Assembly: GCA_965204755.1 (NCBI GenBank)
Contig: OZ242011.1
Coordinates: 2,304,001-2,368,000, forward strand
Origin: Candidatus Marinacidobacterium sp.
GTDB taxonomy: Bacteria; Acidobacteriota; Vicinamibacteria; Marinacidobacterales; Marinacidobacteraceae
Direction: 5' to 3'
DNA: 64,000 nt
Below, in pieces: positions 8,785-17,124 of the stretch. Position numbers and translations under genes: made by a program. Position 1 is the first letter of the stretch, and each line of letters starts with the position of its first letter. Below the pieces are notes generated by a model. The model had not been told where the DNA came from. It saw only the letters and a list, made by a program, of their open reading frames with translations, and did no database searches.

Positions 8785-8806
8785 CGCCGTGAGATACTGG
8801 AATCCG
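8785..8806 (+). promoter_or_regulatory. 22-bp motif shared with the region upstream of the DUF499 gene (20607-20628); possible extended -10 or operator
   Basis: CGCCGTGAGATACTGGAATCCG vs CGCCGTGAGATACTGAAATCCG (21/22 identical). Confidence 0.5.
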
Positions 8807-8849
8807 GCGAGCCGCGCCGTCCGTCGCGGTCGTTCCATAGACTCCCGCC

Positions 8850-10106
8850 ATGATCCGCCGCTTCCAGGCCCTCGGCTACCGCTGCCTCCGGTATGTGGAC
8901 CTCGAACTCGACCGGTTCCAAATCTTGGTCGGCGCGAACGCCAGCGGAAAGAGCACGATGTTCGACGCCGTGCAGTTTCTGGCCGACTTGGTCACCCGCG
9001 ACCTGCTGCGATCGGTGAACAAGCGAACGGACAACTTCCAGGACTTGGTCTGGAATCGGCCCGAGCGGGATCTGCGTTTCGAGTTGGCGCTGGAAGTCGA
9101 GATGCCGGACAGCGTGCGAAGCCTCTGTGCGAGCGACGAAGGCTACGACCGCCTGCGGTATGAACTGGCCGTGCGCGAGCACTCGCCGACCGATCTGCGC
9201 ATCGAGCAGGAACGGTGGTTCCCCGTGATTTCCTCCGCGCCTTCCATCGATCCGGATCGGGCTAGGTTTCCCGACGCTCCGGCGCCGCCCGGCACGATCC
9301 TGACGAAGTTCGGGCAGACTCCGGGCCTCTCTTCGCCCGGGGCTCTGCCCGGGGGAGGTGACCGAGGGACGCTCGGCGATTTTCTCTGGCTCGGTCGCGA
9401 AGAGAGCGAGTTGCACCATTGTTCGGTTCTCGGTCGGTCGGCGTCACTTCCGAACGACCAGCCTCTCCTGGCGTGGCTGAGAACGACACTCGGTCGGATC
9501 GAACTCGTCGCCCTCGACAGCAAAGTCCTTCGTCGTCCCGACCCGGCGGGCGGCGGGAATGGCGACTTGGGCGGGGACGGCGGCGGCCTGCCGTGGATCG
9601 TGGATCGTTTCCGCGCAAACGACCCGGGGGCGTACGAAGAATGGTTGGGCCACCTGCGTACGGCGATACCCGAGATCGAAGGCGTGGAAGTCGTCAAGCG
9701 TCCCGAAGATCGCCACGCCTATCTCAGGTTGCGTTACCGCTCCGGGCTCTCGGCGCCGTCGTGGTCACTGTCCGACGGCACGCTTCGACTGCTGGCGCTC
9801 ACCATCCCTTCCTATCTCCGGCAGAACAGACCTCTTTCCGTAATCGAGGAACCGGAGAACGGGATCCATCCGATGGCGCTCGACGCGCTGTACGCCTCGC
9901 TCTCGTCGGCCTACGGATCGCAGGTGTTCGCCGCCACGCACTCCCCGGTGCTCCTGAAGATGGCGCAGCCCGAAGAAGTCCTGTGCTTCGCCCAGGACGC
10001 GAGCGGGGCGACGGACATCGTTCGCGGTGACCGCCACCCGCTGTTGGCGGACTGGCGCGGCAGCGTGGACACGACGCTGCTGTTCGCCACCGGCGTGATC
10101 GGATGA
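8850..10106 (+). CDS. ABC/OLD-type ATPase, MAD3-like (copy 2)
   Basis: GANASGKST, LSDGTLR, IEEPENGIHP and ATHSP; clear paralogue of 6787-8046. Confidence 0.8.
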   Translation: MIRRFQALGYRCLRYVDLELDRFQILVGANASGKSTMFDAVQFLADLVTRDLLRSVNKRTDNFQDLVWNRPERDLRFELALEVEMPDSVRSLCASDEGYDRLRYELAVREHSPTDLRIEQERWFPVISSAPSIDPDRARFPDAPAPPGTILTKFGQTPGLSSPGALPGGGDRGTLGDFLWLGREESELHHCSVLGRSASLPNDQPLLAWLRTTLGRIELVALDSKVLRRPDPAGGGNGDLGGDGGGLPWIVDRFRANDPGAYEEWLGHLRTAIPEIEGVEVVKRPEDRHAYLRLRYRSGLSAPSWSLSDGTLRLLALTIPSYLRQNRPLSVIEEPENGIHPMALDALYASLSSAYGSQVFAATHSPVLLKMAQPEEVLCFAQDASGATDIVRGDRHPLLADWRGSVDTTLLFATGVIG

Positions 10107-10789
10107 GAGAACCCGAACGCGAGGGCGACCTGGTCGTTCTCGTCGCCGACGCAGACACGCGGGAAACGGTCGATTCGATCCTGTCGCGCCCGCGGGACTT
10201 GGGAATCCGTTCCATCGCTTACCGGATCGAGCGCCACCCGAATCGGGATCCGGGATGTCGGTTGCAGTCGGTGGAGTTCCTCCGAAAATTCCTGAGGGGC
10301 TTCCGGCATACGCTCGTCGTCTTCGATTACGAAGGGTGCGGCAGCCGAGAGCCTCCGCGCCGTGTTCGGGACCTCGTCACGGATGACCTCGAAAGAAACG
10401 GATGGAAGGGCCGGGCGCACGCTACCGTGATCGCTCCGGAACTCGAAATCTGGGCGTGGGGCGACCCGACCGGCTTGGCCGGCGTCCTCGGGTGGGACGG
10501 CCCGTCGCTTCGCCGGTTCATGGCAAAGAGGCGTTTCGGTGTCCCCGGCGGGGCCAAACCACACTCGCCCAAGACGGCGTTCCGGCAGATGGTGCTCGGC
10601 GCGCCGGCCGCTTCTCGCAAGTCGCCGTCCTCGAGGCTCTTCGGACAACTCGCCGCGGTGGCCCGGCTGGACGGTTGCCGGGACCCGGCGTTTCGCGACC
10701 TGCGGCGCGCGCTCGGCGCTTGGTTTCCGCTCGAGCCGTCCGGCGCTCCGCGCGGCCGAGGACCCGGCGGCGCCGCGGTAAGGCGCTGA
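10103..10789 (+). CDS. MAD4-like protein (copy 2)
   Basis: DLVVLVAD, RDPGC, LVVFDYEG, APELEIWAW and CRDPAF; ATGA-coupled to the ATPase. Confidence 0.78.
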   Translation: MREPEREGDLVVLVADADTRETVDSILSRPRDLGIRSIAYRIERHPNRDPGCRLQSVEFLRKFLRGFRHTLVVFDYEGCGSREPPRRVRDLVTDDLERNGWKGRAHATVIAPELEIWAWGDPTGLAGVLGWDGPSLRRFMAKRRFGVPGGAKPHSPKTAFRQMVLGAPAASRKSPSSRLFGQLAAVARLDGCRDPAFRDLRRALGAWFPLEPSGAPRGRGPGGAAVRR

Positions 10790-10853
10790 CCGGGCGACGG
10801 CGTTTCGCGCCGCCGCGTTCGTCGACGATTCGGCGCGGCGGCGACGGGACGCG

Positions 10854-11597
10854 CTACTTCCTGGCGGCGCAGGAATCGGCGTGGGCGGCGAAGTCGAGTG
10901 GGGCGGGTGGAGTGAAGGTGACGGCGTACGCCCCTTTCGGAGCGGGGTGTACATGGCTGTGGCCCGTCGCGTGGGCGAACCACCCGTTGTCTTCGCCGAT
11001 CCACAACTCGTTCCCCCGGATGCGGATTTTCCCGTTCCAGCGGTCGCCGAGCGGGACTTCGTCCAACTTCCGCAGGACGATCCGTTCGCGGACGGCGGGG
11101 CTGGTCGCGCCTCGCCGCGCGGCAGGCGCCGGCTGCATCTCCTCGGCGAACTCGATGACGGCCAACAACAGGTTGCGGAAGGATCCCGAACCGCCTCCGC
11201 TTTCCGAGATGAAGAACACCTGGACGCCGGAGTCGGTTCGCCCCACATACTGGTAGCCGAAGTAGGAAGCGGGGCCGTAGCCGCTCACCATCGGTTCCAC
11301 CCTCAGGAAGGGACACTCTCCTTCCACCGGAACGATCTCCACTTCGTCGTCGTAACGGTCGTCGCCTTCGACCTCCGTGAGCGAAACCACGGTCGGACTG
11401 CTGCTCGCGTTGAACGGTGTGGAAATCTCCTGGACGATCCGCGGATGCACGAACGGAGCGCGGGCGAAGGAACGCGCGGCGGCGATCGTCCGCACCGGGA
11501 TGGCGGCCGGCTGTTCGGCCGGAGCGAAAACGGCGGCCGCCGTCGGCGAGAGCCCCGCCGCGCCGAACAGGGCGGCGACGAAGAGGGTGTTCCTCAT
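10854..11597 (-). CDS. Hypothetical exported protein
   Basis: Signal-peptide-like N-terminus (MRNTLFVAALFGAAGLSPTAAA); protein-like core (FGYQYVGRTDSG, GGGSGSF, PLGDRWNG); AAAGGAG RBS; ATGA overlap with the upstream gene. Confidence 0.75.
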   Translation of the reverse strand: MRNTLFVAALFGAAGLSPTAAAVFAPAEQPAAIPVRTIAAARSFARAPFVHPRIVQEISTPFNASSSPTVVSLTEVEGDDRYDDEVEIVPVEGECPFLRVEPMVSGYGPASYFGYQYVGRTDSGVQVFFISESGGGSGSFRNLLLAVIEFAEEMQPAPAARRGATSPAVRERIVLRKLDEVPLGDRWNGKIRIRGNELWIGEDNGWFAHATGHSHVHPAPKGAYAVTFTPPAPLDFAAHADSCAARK

Positions 11598-12847
11598 GGG
11601 TGTTTCTCCTTTCCGGTCTCCCGCCGGCGTTGCGGCCCGGGGAGGTCGTCGGTCCGGGGCGGCCCCGGGCGGTCGTCGCAGCGGTCCGGGTCGGCGCCGC
11701 AGCGGAGAGCGGCCTCCGCCTCATCCACGGCGACGGTCAGATCCGAAGTCGCCAGACGCGCCTTTTTCCAGGTATCCAGCGCGCGGCGGTGGCGCCGGTA
11801 GAGCGCGGCGGACTCGTCGTCGGTGACGACCGGAATCTCGAGGGCGAACGCTGCGAACTTCGACATCATGGACGCTTGGAAGTACTCGGCCGAGAGGGAT
11901 GGTCGGACGGACTCCATCGGCACGGCGCACTCGGCGTCCGTGAGTCGGACACCACCGATCAGGGTCGGCCAGAAGTCCACATCGAACAGTCGGATGACCG
12001 CGCTGAAACCCATTACGCGGTCCCATACGCTCCTCACGGCGGCGTCGGCGCGAGCGAGTCGGTCCGCCCAAGCGACCTGAGTCTCCTCGACCCGCAGCCA
12101 CGCGTTGCGAGTGGCCGCCTGCATTGCTTCGAGGTCGGCGCGCAGTCGGTCGAGACTCAGGCCCTCGACCTCCCACGGCGCTTGCGGCGCGCCATCGTCA
12201 GGGGCCGCACGGGCGAAAGCGCGGGCAGCGGCGTACTGCCATAGAAGTTCCCGTCGTTCGCTCTCCGCGGCGGCCCGAAGGGCGGCGGTTCGATTTCGCC
12301 GGTACTGGACGAAATTCAGGTCGGCGGTGACTTCCAAGGCGCTTTCCATTGCGGGGATATCCAGTTCTACGGGACTCCGCTGCCACGGAGAGTGCGAGAC
12401 ATCGAGGAAACCCAGATAGGCGCTGACCCAACTTCGGTAATCGAACGGCAGTTCGGACGACATTTCATTGGCCAACTCCATGAACCGCCAAGCGCCGCGT
12501 TCGCACTGCTCGGCTGCCACCCGGCGAAGGCGGGCTTCCATGGACGCGACCCAAGCCTCGTGCGCCTCCGGGTATCGCTCGATGATCACTTCCACCGTCT
12601 CGTTCTCGCCTACCGACAGGGGCTCCCACACGACTCCCATCGCGAAGTCGGCGTACCCGTCGGGGTCTTCGGCGCGCATCAGGTCCGTATCCGGGGCATC
12701 GAGGTCGGCTGCGGGCGCGCCGTCGCCTTCGCGGCTCGGCGCGGGGCGGTGACCGGCGCCCTCGTCGTCCGGCCGGGTTTCGTCGGCGGGTTGGCCGAGG
12801 GTCGCCGCGGCGAGGACGACGGAGAGGAGGAGCGAAAGGGCAGTCAT
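11594..12847 (-). CDS. Hypothetical exported, largely helical protein
   Basis: Signal peptide MTALSLLLSVVLAAATLG; 417-aa ORF coupled to the downstream gene. Confidence 0.7.
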   Translation of the reverse strand: MTALSLLLSVVLAAATLGQPADETRPDDEGAGHRPAPSREGDGAPAADLDAPDTDLMRAEDPDGYADFAMGVVWEPLSVGENETVEVIIERYPEAHEAWVASMEARLRRVAAEQCERGAWRFMELANEMSSELPFDYRSWVSAYLGFLDVSHSPWQRSPVELDIPAMESALEVTADLNFVQYRRNRTAALRAAAESERRELLWQYAAARAFARAAPDDGAPQAPWEVEGLSLDRLRADLEAMQAATRNAWLRVEETQVAWADRLARADAAVRSVWDRVMGFSAVIRLFDVDFWPTLIGGVRLTDAECAVPMESVRPSLSAEYFQASMMSKFAAFALEIPVVTDDESAALYRRHRRALDTWKKARLATSDLTVAVDEAEAALRCGADPDRCDDRPGPPRTDDLPGPQRRRETGKEKHP

Positions 12848-12886
12848 GCGGGAGGTCCGTTCAGGGCGCGAAGCGCGGGGGCGCGG

Positions 12887-13717
12887 TCAGGGGAGGAGCG
12901 GAGAGCGGCGGCGGAGGCGGATTTCGATGGTGCGGCGGGCCGGGTTGTCGCCCGGGTCGCTGCCGTCCGCGAGGCCCCCGTCGCCGGGGAGGAGGGTTTG
13001 CCCGGCGGAGAGCGCGAGCACCAGGTAACCGCGCTCTTCGAGGAGCGGGGCGAGTCGGCGGGCGACCGCGGCGGCGCGCGCGAAGGCGAGCCCCACATTG
13101 TCGGCCGGCCGCAGCGGCCGGTAGTCGCCGGTGAGGTACTCGCCGAGCGCCTCGTCGAGATTGCTTCGGCCGCCGATGGGCCGCTCGTCGGTGTGGCCGA
13201 TGACCTCGACCACATCGGCGGCGTATTCCTCCGCGTACCTCTCGATGAGCGGAACGACTTCGGCGCGGAGGCGTTGCGCGAACTCCGAAGAGATCCGGTT
13301 CGTCGCCGAGGGGAAGACATACCCGTCCGCTTCCCGCAGCCGGATGATCGGCGGCCACCGGTGTCCGGCGGCATTCCCCGGCTCGGCCGAGACCGCTTCG
13401 TTCGCGCGGCGGGACGCCGAAACCGGCGCCCCGTCGGGATTCCCCCGTCCGTCGGCGGAGTGGCTCGACGCCGTTTCGACCGGCGCCGGCGACCCGGCGT
13501 CGGGCGGGGCCCCGACCGCGGCGTCCGCGGCGTCCGCGCCCGCCGCGGTCGTTTCCGCGAACCGCAGTCCCGGTTCGGTGTCCGCGGCGGTCCAACTGAA
13601 CGCGAGCAGCAGCAACACCAGGATGAAGGTGATCACCAGCATGATCTCGAGGGCGCTCGTCCCGAAGATCCGCGCCCGCCGGACCTCGCGGTCGAACGCC
13701 AGCGTCGAAGGCTTCAT
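12887..13717 (-). CDS. MotB/ZorB-like protein: single TM helix plus OmpA-like peptidoglycan-binding domain
   Basis: N-terminal TM (SALEIMLVITFILVLLLLAF), low-complexity linker, then OmpA_C-like motifs YVFPSATNRIS, VEVIGHTD, NVGLAFARA and RRTIEIRL. ATG at 13717 overlaps the upstream stop (ATGA). Confidence 0.8.
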   Translation of the reverse strand: MKPSTLAFDREVRRARIFGTSALEIMLVITFILVLLLLAFSWTAADTEPGLRFAETTAAGADAADAAVGAPPDAGSPAPVETASSHSADGRGNPDGAPVSASRRANEAVSAEPGNAAGHRWPPIIRLREADGYVFPSATNRISSEFAQRLRAEVVPLIERYAEEYAADVVEVIGHTDERPIGGRSNLDEALGEYLTGDYRPLRPADNVGLAFARAAAVARRLAPLLEERGYLVLALSAGQTLLPGDGGLADGSDPGDNPARRTIEIRLRRRSPLLP

Positions 13718-14805
13718 TCCGACTTCCGCGAGGCCTCCCGATCCCCCCGCGGGCGTCCGGTTCCGTTCGGTATCGGGGCCACCCACTCGAAGAACCGTCC
13801 GAACACGCCTCCCGACCGCCGGTCGCGCGCGATCGTCTCGTTCAACCGATCCACCGCCTGCGTGAGCCCGCGGATCGCCGGGCCGGCGTCCACCCGGACC
13901 CGGGGTTCGAGGTCCGTCAACCGGTCGAGCGCGGCGTGGAGTTTCTCGACCGTCTCGAGGGATCGCCGTTCCCGGAGATCCGCCTGCCGCGCCGTTTCCG
14001 ACAGGGTCGCGCCGAACGCCCGCACTTCGGAACCGAGCGCGCCGGCCGCCTGACCGGTCGAGCGCCGGACCTCGGTCAACCACTCGACGAGCGCCTCCGC
14101 GCCCTCGTTCAACCCGTCGGCGGCCTCGCGGACCTGCCGGGAGGCGAGTTCGGCGGCGCGGGAGATGCCGGCCGCCGCCTCTTCCAGACCCTTGCCGGAA
14201 GTCTGCGCCGAACGCGTGAACGCTTCGAGCCCTTCCGGCAACTCGGCGGCCCGCTGGCGCATGATCGCCAGCAACTGTTCGAGTTGCCCGGTCGCCGCGT
14301 CCGCCTGCCGGTTCAACTCGAGCGCCGCGTCCTGCAGCCGCCGCCGCATCTCCCGCTCGTACGCGTCCGCGTCGCCGCCCCGCTGCGTCAACAGCACCCG
14401 CATCGTCACCCCGAAGAGCGTGGTTACGAGGGCGACGCCGAACGCCGGCAGGAACGAAACGATCGCTTCGCGCGCCGCGTTCTCGCCGGGCCTCAGGTGG
14501 AAGCCGAGGACGACCAGCCCGGAGATGAGCGAGGCGATCGTGAACAGGAAGCCGAGGTAATGGATGTTGTCCCCGGCCTCGTGCCGATCCATGCCCAGGC
14601 GGTCGAGGCAATACCGGCGGTAGCCGATCATCACCGCGACCATCGCCGCGCTCGGCGCGGCCAGCGAGAACAGCGGCCGGCCCGGGCCGAGGAAACCGAA
14701 CACCACGGTCAGCAGCAGCGCGCCGAGCACCGCGAGGACGAAGAAACGGTCGTGCGCCGCCTCCCCGGCCCGCGCCGCCCGGGCGTTACCGGTCGGCGCC
14801 GACAT
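13714..14805 (-). CDS. MotA/ExbB/ZorA-like ion-channel protein with a long helical C-terminal tail
   Basis: Several N-terminal TM segments with channel-like motifs YLGFLFTIASL and FGVALVTTLFGV, followed by ~200 aa of heptad-like helix; lies directly upstream of the MotB-like gene. Confidence 0.72.
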   Translation of the reverse strand: MSAPTGNARAARAGEAAHDRFFVLAVLGALLLTVVFGFLGPGRPLFSLAAPSAAMVAVMIGYRRYCLDRLGMDRHEAGDNIHYLGFLFTIASLISGLVVLGFHLRPGENAAREAIVSFLPAFGVALVTTLFGVTMRVLLTQRGGDADAYEREMRRRLQDAALELNRQADAATGQLEQLLAIMRQRAAELPEGLEAFTRSAQTSGKGLEEAAAGISRAAELASRQVREAADGLNEGAEALVEWLTEVRRSTGQAAGALGSEVRAFGATLSETARQADLRERRSLETVEKLHAALDRLTDLEPRVRVDAGPAIRGLTQAVDRLNETIARDRRSGGVFGRFFEWVAPIPNGTGRPRGDREASRKSE

Positions 14806-15673
14806 GGCGGACCTCCGTGACCGTGGCGTCCCGTTCGCCGAAGTAGCGGTTCCACCAGGCGAGGTGTTCCGCGCCCTGGATGTCCGGGATGCTCAGGTAC
14901 TGCATGCGGGCGTAGATCAGGCTCACTTCGGCGCCGCCGAAGCCGGCCGCGCCCGGACTGGGCGGGGGCGGGGCCTCCGCCCGTTCGGCGCCGGGATGGA
15001 TGCCGAACCACGAAGTCAGCCCGAAGTTCTGCGGCGCGACGAAGTCCGAGACCACCGTCAGCGACCGGGCGGCATGCGCATACCGAGGGTCGTCGAAGAC
15101 CATCCGCGCCACTCCGTCCAGCGAATGGAGGAGGCTGTGGGAACGGTCGGGTGACCAACCCGATCGCTCTTCGAGGAGCGCGCGCAGCGGCTCGGAGAAC
15201 GCCTCCCGGTAGCGCTGCCGGGCGAGTCTCGGGTTCGCGTAGAGCGCGCTCGCCGTCGAACCGTCGCCCGGATTGCATTTCTCGATGAGCGGTTCGAGCT
15301 CCTCGCGCGCGTCGTAGGCGACTTCGTGGACCACGACCTTCGCGTAGAGCGGCAGGGCCTCCAGTTCCTCCACCAGCAGCCGCCGGACCTGGCGCGCCGT
15401 GTTCGGATCCATCGGCGCGAACTCGCCGGTCCCGGCCCACACCCGGCGGTTTCGTTCGAGGAGCACCGCGTGCACCCGGGGTATGAGCGCCGGATCGGCC
15501 GGGCAGAGCGTCGCCTCGTCCAGGTCCGCCGCGGCGGGCGCATTCCACCGAAGCGCCCCCAAGCCGACGAGGAACACCGCCAGCAAACCGCCGAGCAGCC
15601 AGGCCGCGCGGTCGCCGCCGTTCCGGCGGGAACGGCGCCGCATCGGCCGCCGCTTTCCGTACCTACGGGCCAT
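14786..15673 (-). CDS. Membrane-anchored, probably vWA-fold hypothetical protein
   Basis: Basic N-terminus plus TM (AWLLGGLLAVFLVGLGAL); alpha/beta pattern with LCP, KCNP and LTVVSDF. Fold assignment is inference. Confidence 0.6.
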   Translation of the reverse strand: MARRYGKRRPMRRRSRRNGGDRAAWLLGGLLAVFLVGLGALRWNAPAAADLDEATLCPADPALIPRVHAVLLERNRRVWAGTGEFAPMDPNTARQVRRLLVEELEALPLYAKVVVHEVAYDAREELEPLIEKCNPGDGSTASALYANPRLARQRYREAFSEPLRALLEERSGWSPDRSHSLLHSLDGVARMVFDDPRYAHAARSLTVVSDFVAPQNFGLTSWFGIHPGAERAEAPPPPSPGAAGFGGAEVSLIYARMQYLSIPDIQGAEHLAWWNRYFGERDATVTEVRHVGADR

Positions 15674-15676
15674 CGC

Positions 15677-17062
15677 TCAACTCCTCTGGCCGGACTCGAA
15701 CGAGTCGCCGGCCTGCCGCACCGCCTCGGAGAGCGCGCCCCGCGCCCGTTCGGCCGCGGTCTGCACTTCGGCCGGCGGCGCCGCCTCCGTTTCCGGCAGC
15801 GGCGCCGGCGCGGGGAGCGGCTCCAGGCGCACCGGATCGAGTTCGGGGCAGCAGGTCAGCCGCGACCGCTCGATCTTCCGTTCCAGGATGCTCCGCTCGC
15901 GTTCGAGTTCGTCGGCGAGCGCGGCGAAACCGCCTCGCGCCTGCTCGTCCCCGGCGAGCCCCGCGCGGTGGTTCTCGACCGCCGACCGGATGTCCCGAGC
16001 GCCGTCCTCCCGCGCCTCGTCCAGGGCCTCCATCGCTTCGACGCGCGCGTCGTCGAACGCCTCCCGGGTTTCGAGGAACTTCCGCGTCCTCCGGCTGTAT
16101 CCCGGATACGGATCCTCCATCGAGTACCCCTTCCAGAACGCGATGCCGGCGAACAGCATCCCGATCACCGCGAAGACCCACGACCGGAAGTCCGCGATAC
16201 CCAGGTAGTCCGCGGTGAAGGTGTCCCAGGCCAGCGACCCGGCCGCGGCCGCGTTCGAGTAGTCGGCGGCGCCCATCGCCTGGCGGAAGTGCCCGACGAA
16301 CAGGTTGAAGAAGAAGAGCCCCAGGCCGCAGCCGATGACGGCCAGCGCTCCGAAACCCTTCGCGAGCGGCGAACGATGGTTGGCGTAGCGGGCGAGGTTG
16401 CCGCCGAAGAAGGCCCCGCCGATGTTGACCACCGCGATCGTCGCGGCGACGCCCCAGGCTTCGATGAGGCCGCCCGCCGCGCCGCCCGCCAGCAGGGCGG
16501 CGTTCCCGACCGTCTCCAGCGCCGCGGCGCAGGCGGCGACCAGGCAGTGCCGGACGCGGTGCTCCGGGTACTGCGCTTCGCGCTCGATACCCTCGGTCTT
16601 GCGGAAGTCCTCGAGGTCGTCCTCGCGCCGCCGCGCTTCGTCGCGGGCGCGGCCGATCTCGCCGCGGCGCTCCTCCGCCTCGGCGCTGACGGCGGCCAGC
16701 GCCCGATCCCGCGCTTCCGCGATGTCCGCGACCGCGTCGCGCCGGTAGAGCCGCGCCCCGTACGCCGCGCGGTGCTCCTCGAAGCAGGAGCGCAGCCGGT
16801 GGTCGTGGACGGCCGCCTCTTCGGCGAGGACCGCCCGCGCGACCGCCGGTTCCGCGCCGTCCGGCGACCGCCGCAGCCGCTCCAACCTCTTCTCGAGTGA
16901 GCGTTCGTCGAACGCCGGCCACCGCCCGCCTTCCGCCGCGGCGGAAGCGACCGCCCCCGGCAAGGCGTCGGCTCGCGCCGGCAGCCCGGAGACGAGCCCG
17001 CGAAGGCCCTCGACGGCGCGGCTCCGCGGCGCGGGCCGCGCTTCGGTCAGCGCAGTGGACAT
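15677..17062 (-). CDS. Multi-pass membrane protein flanked by coiled coils
   Basis: N-terminal charged helices, about 4 hydrophobic segments, DPYPGY motif, C-terminal coiled coil; GAAGGAG RBS upstream. Confidence 0.75.
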   Translation of the reverse strand: MSTALTEARPAPRSRAVEGLRGLVSGLPARADALPGAVASAAAEGGRWPAFDERSLEKRLERLRRSPDGAEPAVARAVLAEEAAVHDHRLRSCFEEHRAAYGARLYRRDAVADIAEARDRALAAVSAEAEERRGEIGRARDEARRREDDLEDFRKTEGIEREAQYPEHRVRHCLVAACAAALETVGNAALLAGGAAGGLIEAWGVAATIAVVNIGGAFFGGNLARYANHRSPLAKGFGALAVIGCGLGLFFFNLFVGHFRQAMGAADYSNAAAAGSLAWDTFTADYLGIADFRSWVFAVIGMLFAGIAFWKGYSMEDPYPGYSRRTRKFLETREAFDDARVEAMEALDEAREDGARDIRSAVENHRAGLAGDEQARGGFAALADELERERSILERKIERSRLTCCPELDPVRLEPLPAPAPLPETEAAPPAEVQTAAERARGALSEAVRQAGDSFESGQRS

Positions 17063-17124
17063 GGGTATCCGTCTCCTTCAGGCTCGGAACGAGCCGCTCA
17101 CGGTGGTTCCCGGCCCCGGCATTC

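Noticed and set aside
6787-10789. Complete MADS system
   Set aside because: Only MAD3/MAD4-like genes are visible; no type I-like methylase/specificity subunit, kinase or MAD7/8 equivalents.
12887-14805. Flagellar stator motAB, exbBD/tolQR, or canonical Zorya I/II/III
   Set aside because: No flagellar, TonB or Tol genes and no ZorC/D/E/F/G-like neighbours; the TM acidic residue is Glu; reported instead as a candidate new system.
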